Shown here piece by piece: positions 1 to 9,060 of a stretch of DNA of 64,000 bases (position 1 is its first letter; each line of letters opens with the position of its first letter). Made by a program: the position numbers and the translations under genes. Below the pieces are notes generated by a model. That model saw only the letters and a list, made by a program, of their open reading frames with translations. It did not search any database and was not told the DNA's origin. Source of the DNA: an uncultured Lachnospiraceae bacterium (GTDB taxonomy: Bacteria; Bacillota; Clostridia; Lachnospirales; Lachnospiraceae); NCBI GenBank assembly GCA_934438085.1, contig CAKSBC010000001.1, positions 161,997 to 225,996 of the forward strand, read 5' to 3'.

Positions 1-133
1 TCGATAATGAAAAGTTTTATAAATAAGACTCTCCATTACATATATAGGAAGAAAAAGCTTTTTTACAAAACGGCAAATTCTCTTCAAAGAATACTTGATT
101 TTTATAATTGTAATGAAGCAATGTATAAAAAGT

Positions 134-164
134 AGGCCTGTTTACAATTCTACGAATCAGGCCT
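134..164. terminator. Stem-loop AGGCCTG-N17-CAGGCCT, possible bidirectional terminator
   Basis: A 7-bp GC-rich inverted repeat read directly. ACTTTTTAT follows it on the minus strand and TATTAAT on the plus strand. It sits right after a short open frame that enters from the left window edge. Confidence 0.35.
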
Positions 165-301
165 TATTAATGTTGAATATAAGATAAAGAATATTGATAG
201 TTTTTCATACAACTGAAAAATCACTCTTAATAATTGTTTATTTAACTATTTTAGAGTTTGGATGTATTGAATTGTGATGAACAAAATGCTAAGATTGTAA
301 C

Positions 302-416
302 AAGTTAAATAAAAACATTATATAAAGCCTTGCACTATTACCACAGAAGGAGTATTCTGTGGTTTATCTATTGGTATATGCAACCACAGAAGGAGTATTC
401 TGTGGTATTTTTTTTG
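302..416 (+). ncRNA. Candidate small RNA carrying two identical GGA-loop hairpins
   Basis: Sigma-A-like promoter TTGAAT (267-272), a 17-nt spacer ending in TG-N, then TAAGAT (290-295). Two identical hairpins follow, then a T8 run at 408-415. There is no RBS-preceded ORF inside. The ends are inferred, not measured. Confidence 0.3.
340..406 (+). repeat. Two identical 24-nt palindromic units in direct repeat
   Basis: ACCACAGAAGGAGTATTCTGTGGT occurs at 340-363 and 383-406. Each unit is a pair of 9-bp inverted arms around the 6-nt GGAGTA. The units are separated by 19 nt. Confidence 0.9.
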
Positions 417-468
417 CTTCTCTATCTAGTACGTATTAATGTTATTTTTTCTTCTTTACGCTTCTTAT

Positions 469-1323
469 TTAGATTATAAGCTTCATTTTGTTTAATGTCC
501 TTTCGTGTGCCGATGTACTTACCGCAAGATATATCCTTGTGGTTTCGATTCTGCTGTGCCCAAGTACATCTGCAAGATGTGCAATATTTTTTTCTACGCT
601 ATAGAACATTCTCGCGAACAGATGCCTTAGGTTATGCGGAAATACTTTTTTATCGTCAATTCCTGCTATAGGACAAAGCTTTTTCATCGCATGGCAAATG
701 TTAGATCTGTCTATGCTTTTTCCATTTCTTGTAATAAAAACTTCGCCGCTTGTTATTCGTTTTCTTTTGGAATACTCTCATAGTTTGCTGCATAGTTTTT
801 GGGGAAGCAGAACTGACCGTGTTTTTCCTTTCAAATAGATTTCTGCACTACGTCTTTTTATGGCTTCTACTGTTATAAACTTTAATTCGCTCACTCTTAT
901 TCCGGTACTGCAAAGTGTCATTAATATCATATACAGTCTTTCATTACCACTTTCTCTGGCAGCATTTAGGAGTCTTTTATACTCATCTTCATTCAGCTCT
1001 TTGTTTTCGTCAATAAAAGCTCTGTTCTGTACTCTTATAAGCCTTATCCGCATATCAGGTCTGCCCAAAAATTCAAAAAACGCATTAAGTGCCGTAAATA
1101 TCCCATTTACAGTCTGAGCCTTATGCGTTTCCAATAATTTTCTTCTATAAAGTATGAGTTTTTCCCTGTTCAATTCTTCTCCATGGTATTTCTCTTTTAT
1201 TGCTGTTATTGCATTTAAATATTTAGATATGGTTGCATCTGCTCTTTCATTTTCAAATAAATATTTTCGGAATTTCTCAATTTCATAGGACTCAATTATG
1301 ATTCCGGCATTTTTGTTCTTCAT
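469..1323 (-). pseudogene. Tyrosine recombinase/integrase (XerC/D-like) interrupted by one in-frame TGA at 778-780
   Basis: Track ORFs 778..1323 (N-terminal SAM-like domain plus the ...STGIRVSEL catalytic-Arg region) and 469..687 (HNLRH...GHSRIETTRIYL, the H-x-x-R / H / Y motifs) are in the same frame. The 30 codons between them read EYSKRKRITSGEVFITRNGKSIDRSNICHA, which is typical integrase sequence. Reconstructed length is about 284 aa. Confidence 0.85.
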
Positions 1324-1485
1324 CCAAAGTTCCTCCTTTGCTCACATGATATATGATTCATCATTGCAGTGTGCCTGATTTCATGGTATTTATATCAGGT
1401 AACGTTTTATAAAACTTCATTTTATTATTTCTTTTTAAAATGCTTTATAAAATGTTTCAAATCTTTAAAAAATACAGAGGTTACT

Positions 1486-1692
1486 ATGGATATCAGATAC
1501 GATATAGATAAAATTAAAGAGGATCTTCAGGATGAATATATGGCAGCAAGCTTAGTCGGCTTTACCGAGGATACCCCAGATCTTATGGATATTGAATTTT
1601 CAAATGCCAGAGAGCTTTTATCAATGGCAGAGCACTACGGACTTAAGCTTGAGGACTATATCATCCCTGACGAGGATGAAGCTGATAAATAA
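1486..1692 (+). CDS. Small acidic hypothetical protein (68 aa)
   Basis: Internal ATG of track ORF 1369..1692, preceded by AGAGG. The upstream part of the ORF is low-complexity F/Y/K read-through. No family recognised. Confidence 0.5.
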   Translation: MDIRYDIDKIKEDLQDEYMAASLVGFTEDTPDLMDIEFSNARELLSMAEHYGLKLEDYIIPDEDEADK

Positions 1693-1750
1693 AATCAGCT
1701 GTACCGGATGCAAGTATGTAAAGAGTATTTATAAAAAATATTTACATCAG

Positions 1751-2221
1751 ATGAAAAACTTTTATACCATCAAGCAAAATAAAAAAAGTCTTTTCTTCCT
1801 AATAATATATGCAGTATATATTTTACTGATTTTTCGTAATTCAATGGATCCAGCCGATACTTCTTCGGAGAAAAGCGGTGCTGTGTTATTAATGCTGAAT
1901 AATCTATTATTTGGAGGAAAGGCAATCCTTACTGAGCATATAGTAAGAAAGCTGGCTCATTTTGCAGAATACACTATCGCAGGAATGCTCGGAATGCTGT
2001 TTTTCAGAAATCTCGGCTTCCCTGTGCTTTCCTTATTTTCAGGACTTCTGGTTGCTCTTACAGATGAAATTTTTGTTCCCGGCCGCAGCGGTCAGGTAAC
2101 GGATGTGTGGCTGGATTTTGCAGGTGTATTAGCAGGAAGTGCTGTGTATCTTATCCTTTCTGTTGCTGCAGCTTACCTTCATACGAAAAGAAATAAGCAA
2201 GCATCTGAAAATCAGTATTAA
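1751..2221 (+). CDS. VanZ-like family membrane protein
   Basis: RKLAHFAEYTIAGMLG and VTDVWLDFAGVLAG are VanZ-type motifs, and there are four hydrophobic segments. The start was chosen at MKNFYT; the long 1592 start overlaps the preceding gene. Confidence 0.7.
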   Translation: MKNFYTIKQNKKSLFFLIIYAVYILLIFRNSMDPADTSSEKSGAVLLMLNNLLFGGKAILTEHIVRKLAHFAEYTIAGMLGMLFFRNLGFPVLSLFSGLLVALTDEIFVPGRSGQVTDVWLDFAGVLAGSAVYLILSVAAAYLHTKRNKQASENQY

Positions 2222-2330
2222 AGGCAGTATAATAAATATCAGCTTTTAATAAAATAATGAGCCCAGGTAACTAATATAATTATTATTCCCGACTGCTGAT
2301 CCTCAGCAAAAGAGTTGAAAGGTTTAGATT

Positions 2331-2573
2331 ATGAATAACACTAACTCATCTATAGATACCGATACACCAAAAAAGCCTGCCGGTTCAAACGGCAGGCTTA
2401 AGCGCTTCTTTGCGATATTAGGTCTTATTTTTATCGCAGTTTGTATCATCGGTCTTATAGTAAGCATTGCTACAGGCTGTGAGCCTGGCGTTACTCTCAT
2501 GTTCCTTTTCGGGCTCATCGTTGTACCGGTGATATTTTATGCATTTTCAATGACTATAAAGCTTATTCGTTAA
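2331..2573 (+). CDS. Small two-TM membrane protein, hypothetical
   Basis: 80-aa ORF with two hydrophobic helices and a GAAAGG RBS-like sequence upstream. Confidence 0.45.
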   Translation: MNNTNSSIDTDTPKKPAGSNGRLKRFFAILGLIFIAVCIIGLIVSIATGCEPGVTLMFLFGLIVVPVIFYAFSMTIKLIR

Positions 2574-3360
2574 CAGAAACTATCTCTGTTCCGTCGGCTT
2601 TCGTCTCAGCCTGAGCGTCAGTGTCATTATCAGCTTCTTCATCATTATCAGCCTCGACACCGCCTACAGTCACTGTTATACGTCCTGATCTGGCATTTCC
2701 AACCATATCAGAAAAATGAAGCTCGATAACCTTTGCGGCAACCGGCAGCTGCATTGAAACGATTCCAAGATCCTTATCCACCTCAAATGGTGTGATCTTC
2801 TCATCTCCGTCAACTATGCCGTATATAGAATCATAATCAACTCCGGACTGAGTGTCATATATGTTGAATGTAAGTATTCCTTTGGAAATGCTTGCAGAAT
2901 CCTCTTCTACCGAAGGCGCCGTGTCATCAAGAGTGCTGACATCTGCAAACACGGTTTTCTGCATGCCGTTTAGCGATGTGGCCTTTACTGCAAAGGTACC
3001 GTTCTGATTTGCCGTGCAGGTATATGTGCTGCCTGATTTAACATACTCTATCGGTGCGGATTCAAGCTGTACCTCAAGATCCTTTATAGGCATGAAGGAT
3101 TTGACGGTGAATTTGACCTCTGAGGTAACATAATTGTTTGTATCCATGACCTCAATGTTTATACGAGGTGACGCACATACAAATAAAAAAATCAGACCGT
3201 TGATAACAAAATAAGGAAGTACCCAAAATAAGAGTACTCTCACATATTTATTGGTAAGCGGACTGCTCTTTACTCTTGCACCTCTGGCATCATACAAAAT
3301 TCTCTGACCGTGAGGCTTACTTTTATATCTATGATTATTAGTAGGCTTTTTATTGCGCAT
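2563..3360 (-). CDS. N-terminally anchored hypothetical surface protein (beta-rich, acidic tail)
   Basis: 265-aa ORF with a basic N-terminus, one TM segment (VLLFWVLPYFVINGLIFLFV), an Ig-like-looking beta-rich body and a D/E-rich C-terminus. No family recognised. Confidence 0.6.
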   Translation of the reverse strand: MRNKKPTNNHRYKSKPHGQRILYDARGARVKSSPLTNKYVRVLLFWVLPYFVINGLIFLFVCASPRINIEVMDTNNYVTSEVKFTVKSFMPIKDLEVQLESAPIEYVKSGSTYTCTANQNGTFAVKATSLNGMQKTVFADVSTLDDTAPSVEEDSASISKGILTFNIYDTQSGVDYDSIYGIVDGDEKITPFEVDKDLGIVSMQLPVAAKVIELHFSDMVGNARSGRITVTVGGVEADNDEEADNDTDAQAETKADGTEIVSVNE

Positions 3361-3557
3361 GATTCCTCCTGAAAAACAAAGCTATTGTAACAAAAAGATT
3401 TTGGCGTGGCAATAAAGGCTGTCACAAATTAAGATAATTGACAATATTTATGATTGGGTTTAAACTAAGTTTACTTAATCGACAATTCTGAGATATCTAA
3501 ATTACAAAGAGATCTATTTTGATAATCTTAAATTTCCTGAATTATTGAGGTATATAA

Positions 3558-5333
3558 ATGAGAAAGAAATTGGAAACTCTGTCGCTTGCACAGCTTAAGG
3601 AATTTGCCAAGGCACAAAATATTAAAGTTACCGGTATGCGTAAGGCTGAAATTATAGATGTTTTAGCTGAAGCCGCCGAAAAAAAGCCTGAAAATAAGCC
3701 TCAGGAGGTTTTAAGCCGTGCTGCAATACCTTTTGAACAGACAAAGACTGCCAAAAGGATGCAGAATGATAATAGCGACAGACCTAAAAGAAAATATACC
3801 AGAAAAACTGTTGTTTCTTCTGCGACTTTGGATACTCCGGGTGCTTCAAGTACTTCATCATCTTCAGAGGGAGTCATTTCAGGACAAAGTAATTCCAATG
3901 AACAAGGCCAAAATCCACGTCAGCGCCAGACTCATGCCACGGAACATGCTCATCATGCTGATAGCACTGAGCGAAGGAATTACAGCTATAATTCAGAAAA
4001 TGCACAGATTCCCTCTTCTGCCGCTGTTCGTAATGAAAGAACCTACCAGCAGGAAAGACCATATTCTTCCGATGAAACTGTAAATGACAACGCAGCTTCA
4101 AATTATACTGACAGCTCTGTACAGCAGCAAACTCAGTACGATATAAGAAATGCCAGACCTCTATCTGTTGCTGCTGCAAGTATGCCTGCGGCTGATATGA
4201 GTATGCTTGATTCAGGTCTTGAGGCAAACGGTATTCTTGAGGTAATGCCTGAGGGCTTTGGCTTCATCAGATGTGCTAACTTTCTTCCGGGTGAGAATGA
4301 TGTATATGTTGCACCAAGCCAGATCAGACGTTTTAATCTTAAAACCGGAGACATTATCAGAGGGAACCGCAGAGTAAAGTCTCCTACAGAGAAATTTGCA
4401 GCGCTCTTATACATTACCAGTGTGAACGGATATCCGGCGTATGAAGCAGAGCGCAGACCGAACTTTGACAAGCTCACTCCTATATTCCCTAATGAAAAGA
4501 TAAGACTTGAACAGGGAAGCGGCAGTCCTCTTCCGCTCAGAGTCATGGATCTGCTTGCCCCTATCGGAAAGGGACAGAGAGGTATGATTGTGTCACCGCC
4601 TAAGGCCGGAAAGACTACGCTCTTAAAGCAGGTTGCAAAGTCTATAATCCGCGATGAGAACATGCATCTTATCATTCTCCTTATTGACGAGAGACCTGAG
4701 GAGGTTACAGATATTAAAGAAGAGGTAGTAGGCAATAATGTCGAAGTCATTTACTCTACCTTTGATGAGCTTCCTGACAGACATAAGCGTGTTTCGGAAA
4801 TGGTTATCGAACGTGCAAAGAGACTTGTTGAATACGGTAAGGATGTAACGATCCTTCTCGATTCTATCACAAGACTCGCGAGAGCCTATAACCTTGTAGT
4901 TCCGCCTTCAGGCCGTACTCTTTCAGGCGGACTTGATCCTGCGGCGCTGCACATGCCAAAGCGTTTCTTCGGTGCAGCAAGAAATATGCGTGAGGGCGGA
5001 TCACTCACAATACTTGCCACAGCTCTTGTTGATACCGGCAGCCGTATGGATGATGTTATTTATGAGGAATTTAAGGGTACAGGCAATATGGAGCTTGTCC
5101 TTGACAGAAAGCTTTCCGAAAAGCGTATTTTCCCTGCTATAGATATTCTTAAGAGCGGAACCAGAAGAGATGATCTTCTGCTTAATCCTGAAGAAATGAC
5201 AGCAGTCAATAAGCTGAGAAATGCCTTTGGTCAGCTGAAGCCTGAGGAATCTGCAGAAAAGGTGCTTGACCTGTTCTCAAGAACAAAGGACAATGCTGAG
5301 TTCGTAAGAATGGCTGAAAAATTAAGATTTTAA
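3558..5333 (+). CDS. rho: Transcription termination factor Rho with a long N-terminal insertion
   Basis: Rho N-terminal helix bundle ([29 protein letters not shown]), an RNA-binding OB region ([14 protein letters not shown]), Walker A ([10 protein letters not shown]) and the RecA-type core through to the C-terminus. Confidence 0.97.
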   Translation: MRKKLETLSLAQLKEFAKAQNIKVTGMRKAEIIDVLAEAAEKKPENKPQEVLSRAAIPFEQTKTAKRMQNDNSDRPKRKYTRKTVVSSATLDTPGASSTSSSSEGVISGQSNSNEQGQNPRQRQTHATEHAHHADSTERRNYSYNSENAQIPSSAAVRNERTYQQERPYSSDETVNDNAASNYTDSSVQQQTQYDIRNARPLSVAAASMPAADMSMLDSGLEANGILEVMPEGFGFIRCANFLPGENDVYVAPSQIRRFNLKTGDIIRGNRRVKSPTEKFAALLYITSVNGYPAYEAERRPNFDKLTPIFPNEKIRLEQGSGSPLPLRVMDLLAPIGKGQRGMIVSPPKAGKTTLLKQVAKSIIRDENMHLIILLIDERPEEVTDIKEEVVGNNVEVIYSTFDELPDRHKRVSEMVIERAKRLVEYGKDVTILLDSITRLARAYNLVVPPSGRTLSGGLDPAALHMPKRFFGAARNMREGGSLTILATALVDTGSRMDDVIYEEFKGTGNMELVLDRKLSEKRIFPAIDILKSGTRRDDLLLNPEEMTAVNKLRNAFGQLKPEESAEKVLDLFSRTKDNAEFVRMAEKLRF

Positions 5334-5336
5334 CAA

Positions 5337-5382
5337 AAAGAAGCTGCATAGGCAAAATTGCTTAAAGCAGCTTCTTTTCTTG
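5337..5382. terminator. Bidirectional rho-independent terminator between rho and the L,D-transpeptidase gene
   Basis: AAAGAAGCTGC-N19-GCAGCTTCTTT followed by TCTTG. An A-run on the left gives a T-run for the minus strand. Confidence 0.75.
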
Positions 5383-5465
5383 TACTACCACACACTATTT
5401 ATACTTTTAAATTTAGATTTCAGGAAAATTTGCCATATTGAATTATGCTTAAACTCAGCAAAAGC

Positions 5466-8030
5466 CTAGTAATAGCATATTACAGGCATTCCTTTATAGA
5501 CGAGCTCATATATCTGTGCCGCTGCATCTCTCGGAAGGTTTATACAGCCGTGAGAGCCTGAGTTTTTATAGATCTCGCCTCCGAAGGTCCTTCGCCAGGA
5601 TGCATCATGAAGACCGATTCCTCTGTTAAACGGCATCCAATATTTTACAGGGCTTCTATAGCTTACAGAGCCGTCCTTGTTGTAGCCCGTAAGAACTCTG
5701 TTTGTCTGTTTAAATCTTATGGCATACATCCCTTCAGGAGTAGCTCTGTCACGAGTCATTCGCCCTGTGACACAAGGTGTTTCATACACACATTGTCCTT
5801 CTGAGAATATATAAACATTCTGCTCACCCATATCTATCTCGACATAGGTATTGCCGTAATCGGTATCACCGTGTACGGCAGCTGATTGCTTCCATACGAG
5901 ATCAACATTAAACTGTGAGGTATCTATATCTGCTGCTTCCGCTCCTTCAGATAAGGTTGCTTCTGCCGCCCTCGTTATAAGGTCGAATATAACATTAAAG
6001 CTTGCTTCTTCATCAAGCAGCCAGCCGTAGCCTGTCTTGATCTGCTTTTCTTCGCCCTTATGAGTAATTACTGTTCTAATGCCGTCAGCATTTACAGTAT
6101 TAAATCTCTCAGCATAATCGGCAATAAGAGCTCTGAGCTTATCTGAATCAGGACGTCCGTCAGCACCCAGGAAGCCAAAAAGCTTCTCTCCGTCAAGAAC
6201 TTCGGTCATGTTTCCGCCAAGATTTAATACAGCTCCTGCTCTATTCAGCTTCTGCATGGTGCCGATATTTTCAGTGAGATAAGTATCATCAGCTCTGACC
6301 GCAGGTTCTATATACACGCCGTTCTGATCAAGATCAACGCTAAGCATTCCGTCTGACAGAGCTTTCTTTACGGCCTCTTCGAGCTTCGCGCGGTCAATTT
6401 CATTACCCTCTGTTTCAGGAATTATCCCGTACTCACCGGTCACAGGATCTGTGCCTGCATGCGCATCTTCGGGATAAGTGATATTGGCAGGATCAAGCAT
6501 AGAAAGCTTATCTATTGCCTTAATAAGGGCTTCCTCATCACATAATACTGAGAAATTGACCTGCTCTTTATCCTTTGAAAGATATGCAGGAAGCCATGCA
6601 GCGTGGTTTTGAGCATTTATAGCATCTTTAAGAGAAGCTTCGGTTATGCCTGCATTCGCTTCGGAAAGATCCAAAAGTTCAGTACTATCACGGCCTATAA
6701 GTGTAATTGATTCAGCGATGCTTGACTTGGCAAGCTTTTCATCTGCTTCCTCTGCTGTGAGTCCGCCGATAGCTACACTTTCTGCATAGGTATTAGGCAA
6801 AAATCTCTGAGAATAATAATAAATTCCACCGCCATAAGCTCCTGCAGCAATCACTGTCACCGCTGCCGCTGCCATAAATGCTTTCTTCTTATAAAATGTG
6901 GCTTTATCTTTTTCTTCTTCTGAAGGCTCGATTGATTCAGCTGGTGGCTGTGACCAATCTGCCTCGGCATCATTTTCATTGCTTACAGCAGTCTCGGATG
7001 CGTTTTCCGACGATTTTTTCGAAGGATCTTCTGATGATTCTTCTGAGGAGCCCTCTGAGGAGTCCTCTGAGAAGTCATCTGAATTACCGTCTGAATCTGA
7101 ATCAACGTCTGTAGTATGATCTGAATTTTCCTCTAAGTTATTATCTGTATCTTTCGGTTCAGAATTCAAATATGAGTTTGCCTCGGAGTTTGAATCGGAG
7201 TTTAACCCGGTATTTGGCTCTGAGTTTAACCCAGGATTCACGTCTGAATCCGAGACAGTCTCTGAATTTGTAGCTGATTCATTATCAGTATCAGCTTTTT
7301 TCTCTGCCTTAATTTTTTCTTTGAGCAGCTTTTCTGTGTCAGCTTTTAATTCCGCCAGGGCTCTTTGCTGTTCAGCTATGAGCTGTTCCTTTTCCTGCCT
7401 GATACGTTCGAGCTCTTCTAATTCTCTGTCTTTTTCTTCTCTGAGTTCTTTAAGTCTGGCAGTCAGTTCTTCTTCACGCTTTAATTTTTCCTTTAAGCGT
7501 TTTTCTTCAAGAAGCTTCTCTCTTGCTGCCTGCTTTTTTAATATTTCCTGCTCTTTAAGTCTGCGTCTTTCCTCAGCTTCCCTGCGTCGTGCTTCTGCCT
7601 CCTGACGCTTTTCCTCTTCTGCGCGTCTTGCAGCAGCCTCTGCGCGAAGTCTTCTTTCATTACGTTCATTAAGACTGAGTCTTTTTGACTCCTTTCTTGC
7701 TCTGAACGGCATGATATCCGAAGCTGCTTCGCGTTCTTCATTTTCGATATCTTCTCTTATTGTTCTGATTACAACGCTGTCATCATTAGAATCGTCAAGC
7801 TTTGGAGGAAGCTCTGAATAGCGCTTTTTCCTTGGCTTTCTCGGCATTATCTCTACAGTTCTAACAGGTGCCTGTACGCTAAGAGAAGCGTCAGTTTCCT
7901 CTTTCTTAGGCTTTCTGGCGCTTTTCCCTGCTCTGTTACGAATATCCGACTGAGTATTGCCTGCATTTTTATCTACAGTAAATTCCTCAAAGATATCTCT
8001 ATTATTTCTGTTTCTTGTCCTGATTCCCAT
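5466..8030 (-). CDS. L,D-transpeptidase (YkuD domain) with a long charged cytoplasmic N-terminal region
   Basis: The C-terminus ...GLHDASWRRTFGGEIYKNSGSHGCINLP is the YkuD catalytic His/Cys motif. There is a single TM segment (AFMAAAAVTVIAAGAYGGGIYYY). The N-terminal ~380 aa are an E/K/R coiled-coil plus S/E/N low complexity. Confidence 0.85.
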   Translation of the reverse strand: MGIRTRNRNNRDIFEEFTVDKNAGNTQSDIRNRAGKSARKPKKEETDASLSVQAPVRTVEIMPRKPRKKRYSELPPKLDDSNDDSVVIRTIREDIENEEREAASDIMPFRARKESKRLSLNERNERRLRAEAAARRAEEEKRQEAEARRREAEERRRLKEQEILKKQAAREKLLEEKRLKEKLKREEELTARLKELREEKDRELEELERIRQEKEQLIAEQQRALAELKADTEKLLKEKIKAEKKADTDNESATNSETVSDSDVNPGLNSEPNTGLNSDSNSEANSYLNSEPKDTDNNLEENSDHTTDVDSDSDGNSDDFSEDSSEGSSEESSEDPSKKSSENASETAVSNENDAEADWSQPPAESIEPSEEEKDKATFYKKKAFMAAAAVTVIAAGAYGGGIYYYSQRFLPNTYAESVAIGGLTAEEADEKLAKSSIAESITLIGRDSTELLDLSEANAGITEASLKDAINAQNHAAWLPAYLSKDKEQVNFSVLCDEEALIKAIDKLSMLDPANITYPEDAHAGTDPVTGEYGIIPETEGNEIDRAKLEEAVKKALSDGMLSVDLDQNGVYIEPAVRADDTYLTENIGTMQKLNRAGAVLNLGGNMTEVLDGEKLFGFLGADGRPDSDKLRALIADYAERFNTVNADGIRTVITHKGEEKQIKTGYGWLLDEEASFNVIFDLITRAAEATLSEGAEAADIDTSQFNVDLVWKQSAAVHGDTDYGNTYVEIDMGEQNVYIFSEGQCVYETPCVTGRMTRDRATPEGMYAIRFKQTNRVLTGYNKDGSVSYRSPVKYWMPFNRGIGLHDASWRRTFGGEIYKNSGSHGCINLPRDAAAQIYELVYKGMPVICYY

Positions 8031-8045
8031 ATAATAATGCTTATA

Positions 8046-8801
8046 TTAAAGATCGATCACGATTCCGACAGGAGCATGATCTGAACCCATTACGTCCGTA
8101 TAAATAACAGCTTCCTTTAATTTATCCTTGATACTGTCTGATATTACAAAGTAATCGATACGCCAGCCTGTATTTCTGGCTCTGGCATTCATTCTGTATG
8201 ACCACCAGCTGTATTCCTCACTGTCAGGATGTAAATATCTGAATGTATCTGTAAATCCGCTTGCTAAAAGCTGTGAAAATTTTGCTCTTTCTTCATCAGT
8301 AAATCCGGCATTGCGATGATTTGTCTTATCATTTTTAAGATCAATAGGCTCATGAGCAACATTAAGATCGCCGCAGTATACCACAGGCTTTTTTGCGCTG
8401 AGCTTTACTAAATATTCTCTGAATGCATCTTCCCACTGCATACGGTAGTCAAGTCGCTGAAGCTCATTCTGTGAGTTAGGAACATATGCAGTAATAAGAT
8501 AATGATCCTCATATTCAAGACAAACTGAGCGTCCCTCATGGTCGTGCTCTTCATCAGGAAGTCCGATGGTAACAGCTAATGGTTCATGCTTGGTAAAAAT
8601 AGCCGTACCTGAATATCCTTTTTTCTCTGCGTAGTCCCAATACTGCTTATATCCTGGCATATCAAGCTCGATCTGTCCTTCCTGCAGTTTGGTTTCCTGA
8701 ACGCAAAAGGCGTCTGCATCGACATCATTGAAAAAGTCCATGAAGCCTTTTGTCATGACGGCTCTGAGTCCGTTTACATTCCATGAGATGTATTTTTTCA
8801 T
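8046..8801 (-). CDS. xth: Exodeoxyribonuclease III
   Basis: MKKYISWNVNGLRA...FCVQETK...GDLNVAH...GSDHAPV are ExoIII/APE1 family motifs. The start was set at the internal ATG (aa 69 of track ORF 8046..9005), because the upstream part is repeat DNA. Confidence 0.93.
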   Translation of the reverse strand: MKKYISWNVNGLRAVMTKGFMDFFNDVDADAFCVQETKLQEGQIELDMPGYKQYWDYAEKKGYSGTAIFTKHEPLAVTIGLPDEEHDHEGRSVCLEYEDHYLITAYVPNSQNELQRLDYRMQWEDAFREYLVKLSAKKPVVYCGDLNVAHEPIDLKNDKTNHRNAGFTDEERAKFSQLLASGFTDTFRYLHPDSEEYSWWSYRMNARARNTGWRIDYFVISDSIKDKLKEAVIYTDVMGSDHAPVGIVIDL

Positions 8802-8837
8802 TCGCAATCCGCCCTTCGTTACTTTTGGTTTGGTGGT

Positions 8838-8941
8838 GTAATAAACGCAGTTTCTTCGCTCTGCGAGCTTTCGAAACTGCTCGTTCATACATATTAATGT
8901 AATAAACGCAGTTTCTCCGTTCTTCGAACTCTCGAAACTGC
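8838..8941. repeat. Two tandem ~42-nt units, each a GCAGTTTC-N18-GAAACTGC hairpin (61-bp period)
   Basis: GTAATAAACGCAGTTTCT... occurs at 8838 and 8899, with hairpin stems at 8847-8880 and 8908-8941. In addition, CATTCGCAAT at the xth start codon (8799-8808) recurs at 8951-8960. Confidence 0.85.
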
Positions 8942-9060
8942 CTAAACAAACATTCGCAATTCGGACTGCGTCCTCTTGCTCATGTTCGTTTACAGTTAAA
9001 TACATTTGTCACCAAAAATAAATACATTTATTTTTGCTTCCAACTGTATTTCCCTATTTA

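Noticed and set aside
1-135. A short Lys-rich open frame entering from the left edge (…SIMKSFINKTLHYIYRKKKLFYKTANSLQRILDFYNCNEAMYKK, stop at 133-135) followed by a hairpin.
   Set aside because: It is too short and low-complexity to support as a gene end. No family is recognisable, and it may be chance in AT-rich DNA.
778-780. The in-frame TGA in the recombinase as evidence for an alternative genetic code or selenocysteine.
   Set aside because: TGA is used as an ordinary stop by other genes here (for example 36927..37889 and 28034..29785), and the long ORFs contain no in-frame TGA. I could not see a SECIS-like hairpin immediately downstream. A simple nonsense mutation is the economical reading.
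3701-4750. ORFs 3701..3898, 3718..4083, 3874..4227 and 4133..4750 overlapping rho.
   Set aside because: All lie within or antisense to the rho frame, which is continuous and motif-rich. The overlapping frames are products of the low-complexity insertion region.
6878-7605. ORFs 6878..7114, 6898..7119, 7321..7605 and 7538..7741 within the L,D-transpeptidase gene.
   Set aside because: They arise from the repetitive E/K/S codon region, which can be read in several frames and on both strands. The 854-aa frame is continuous and ends in a catalytic YkuD domain.
8802-9005. The N-terminal 68-aa extension of the xth ORF, and ORF 8725..8949.
   Set aside because: ExoIII family proteins start at MKKYISWNVNG. 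The extension is translated repeat/hairpin DNA, and a reasonable start lies at 8801.
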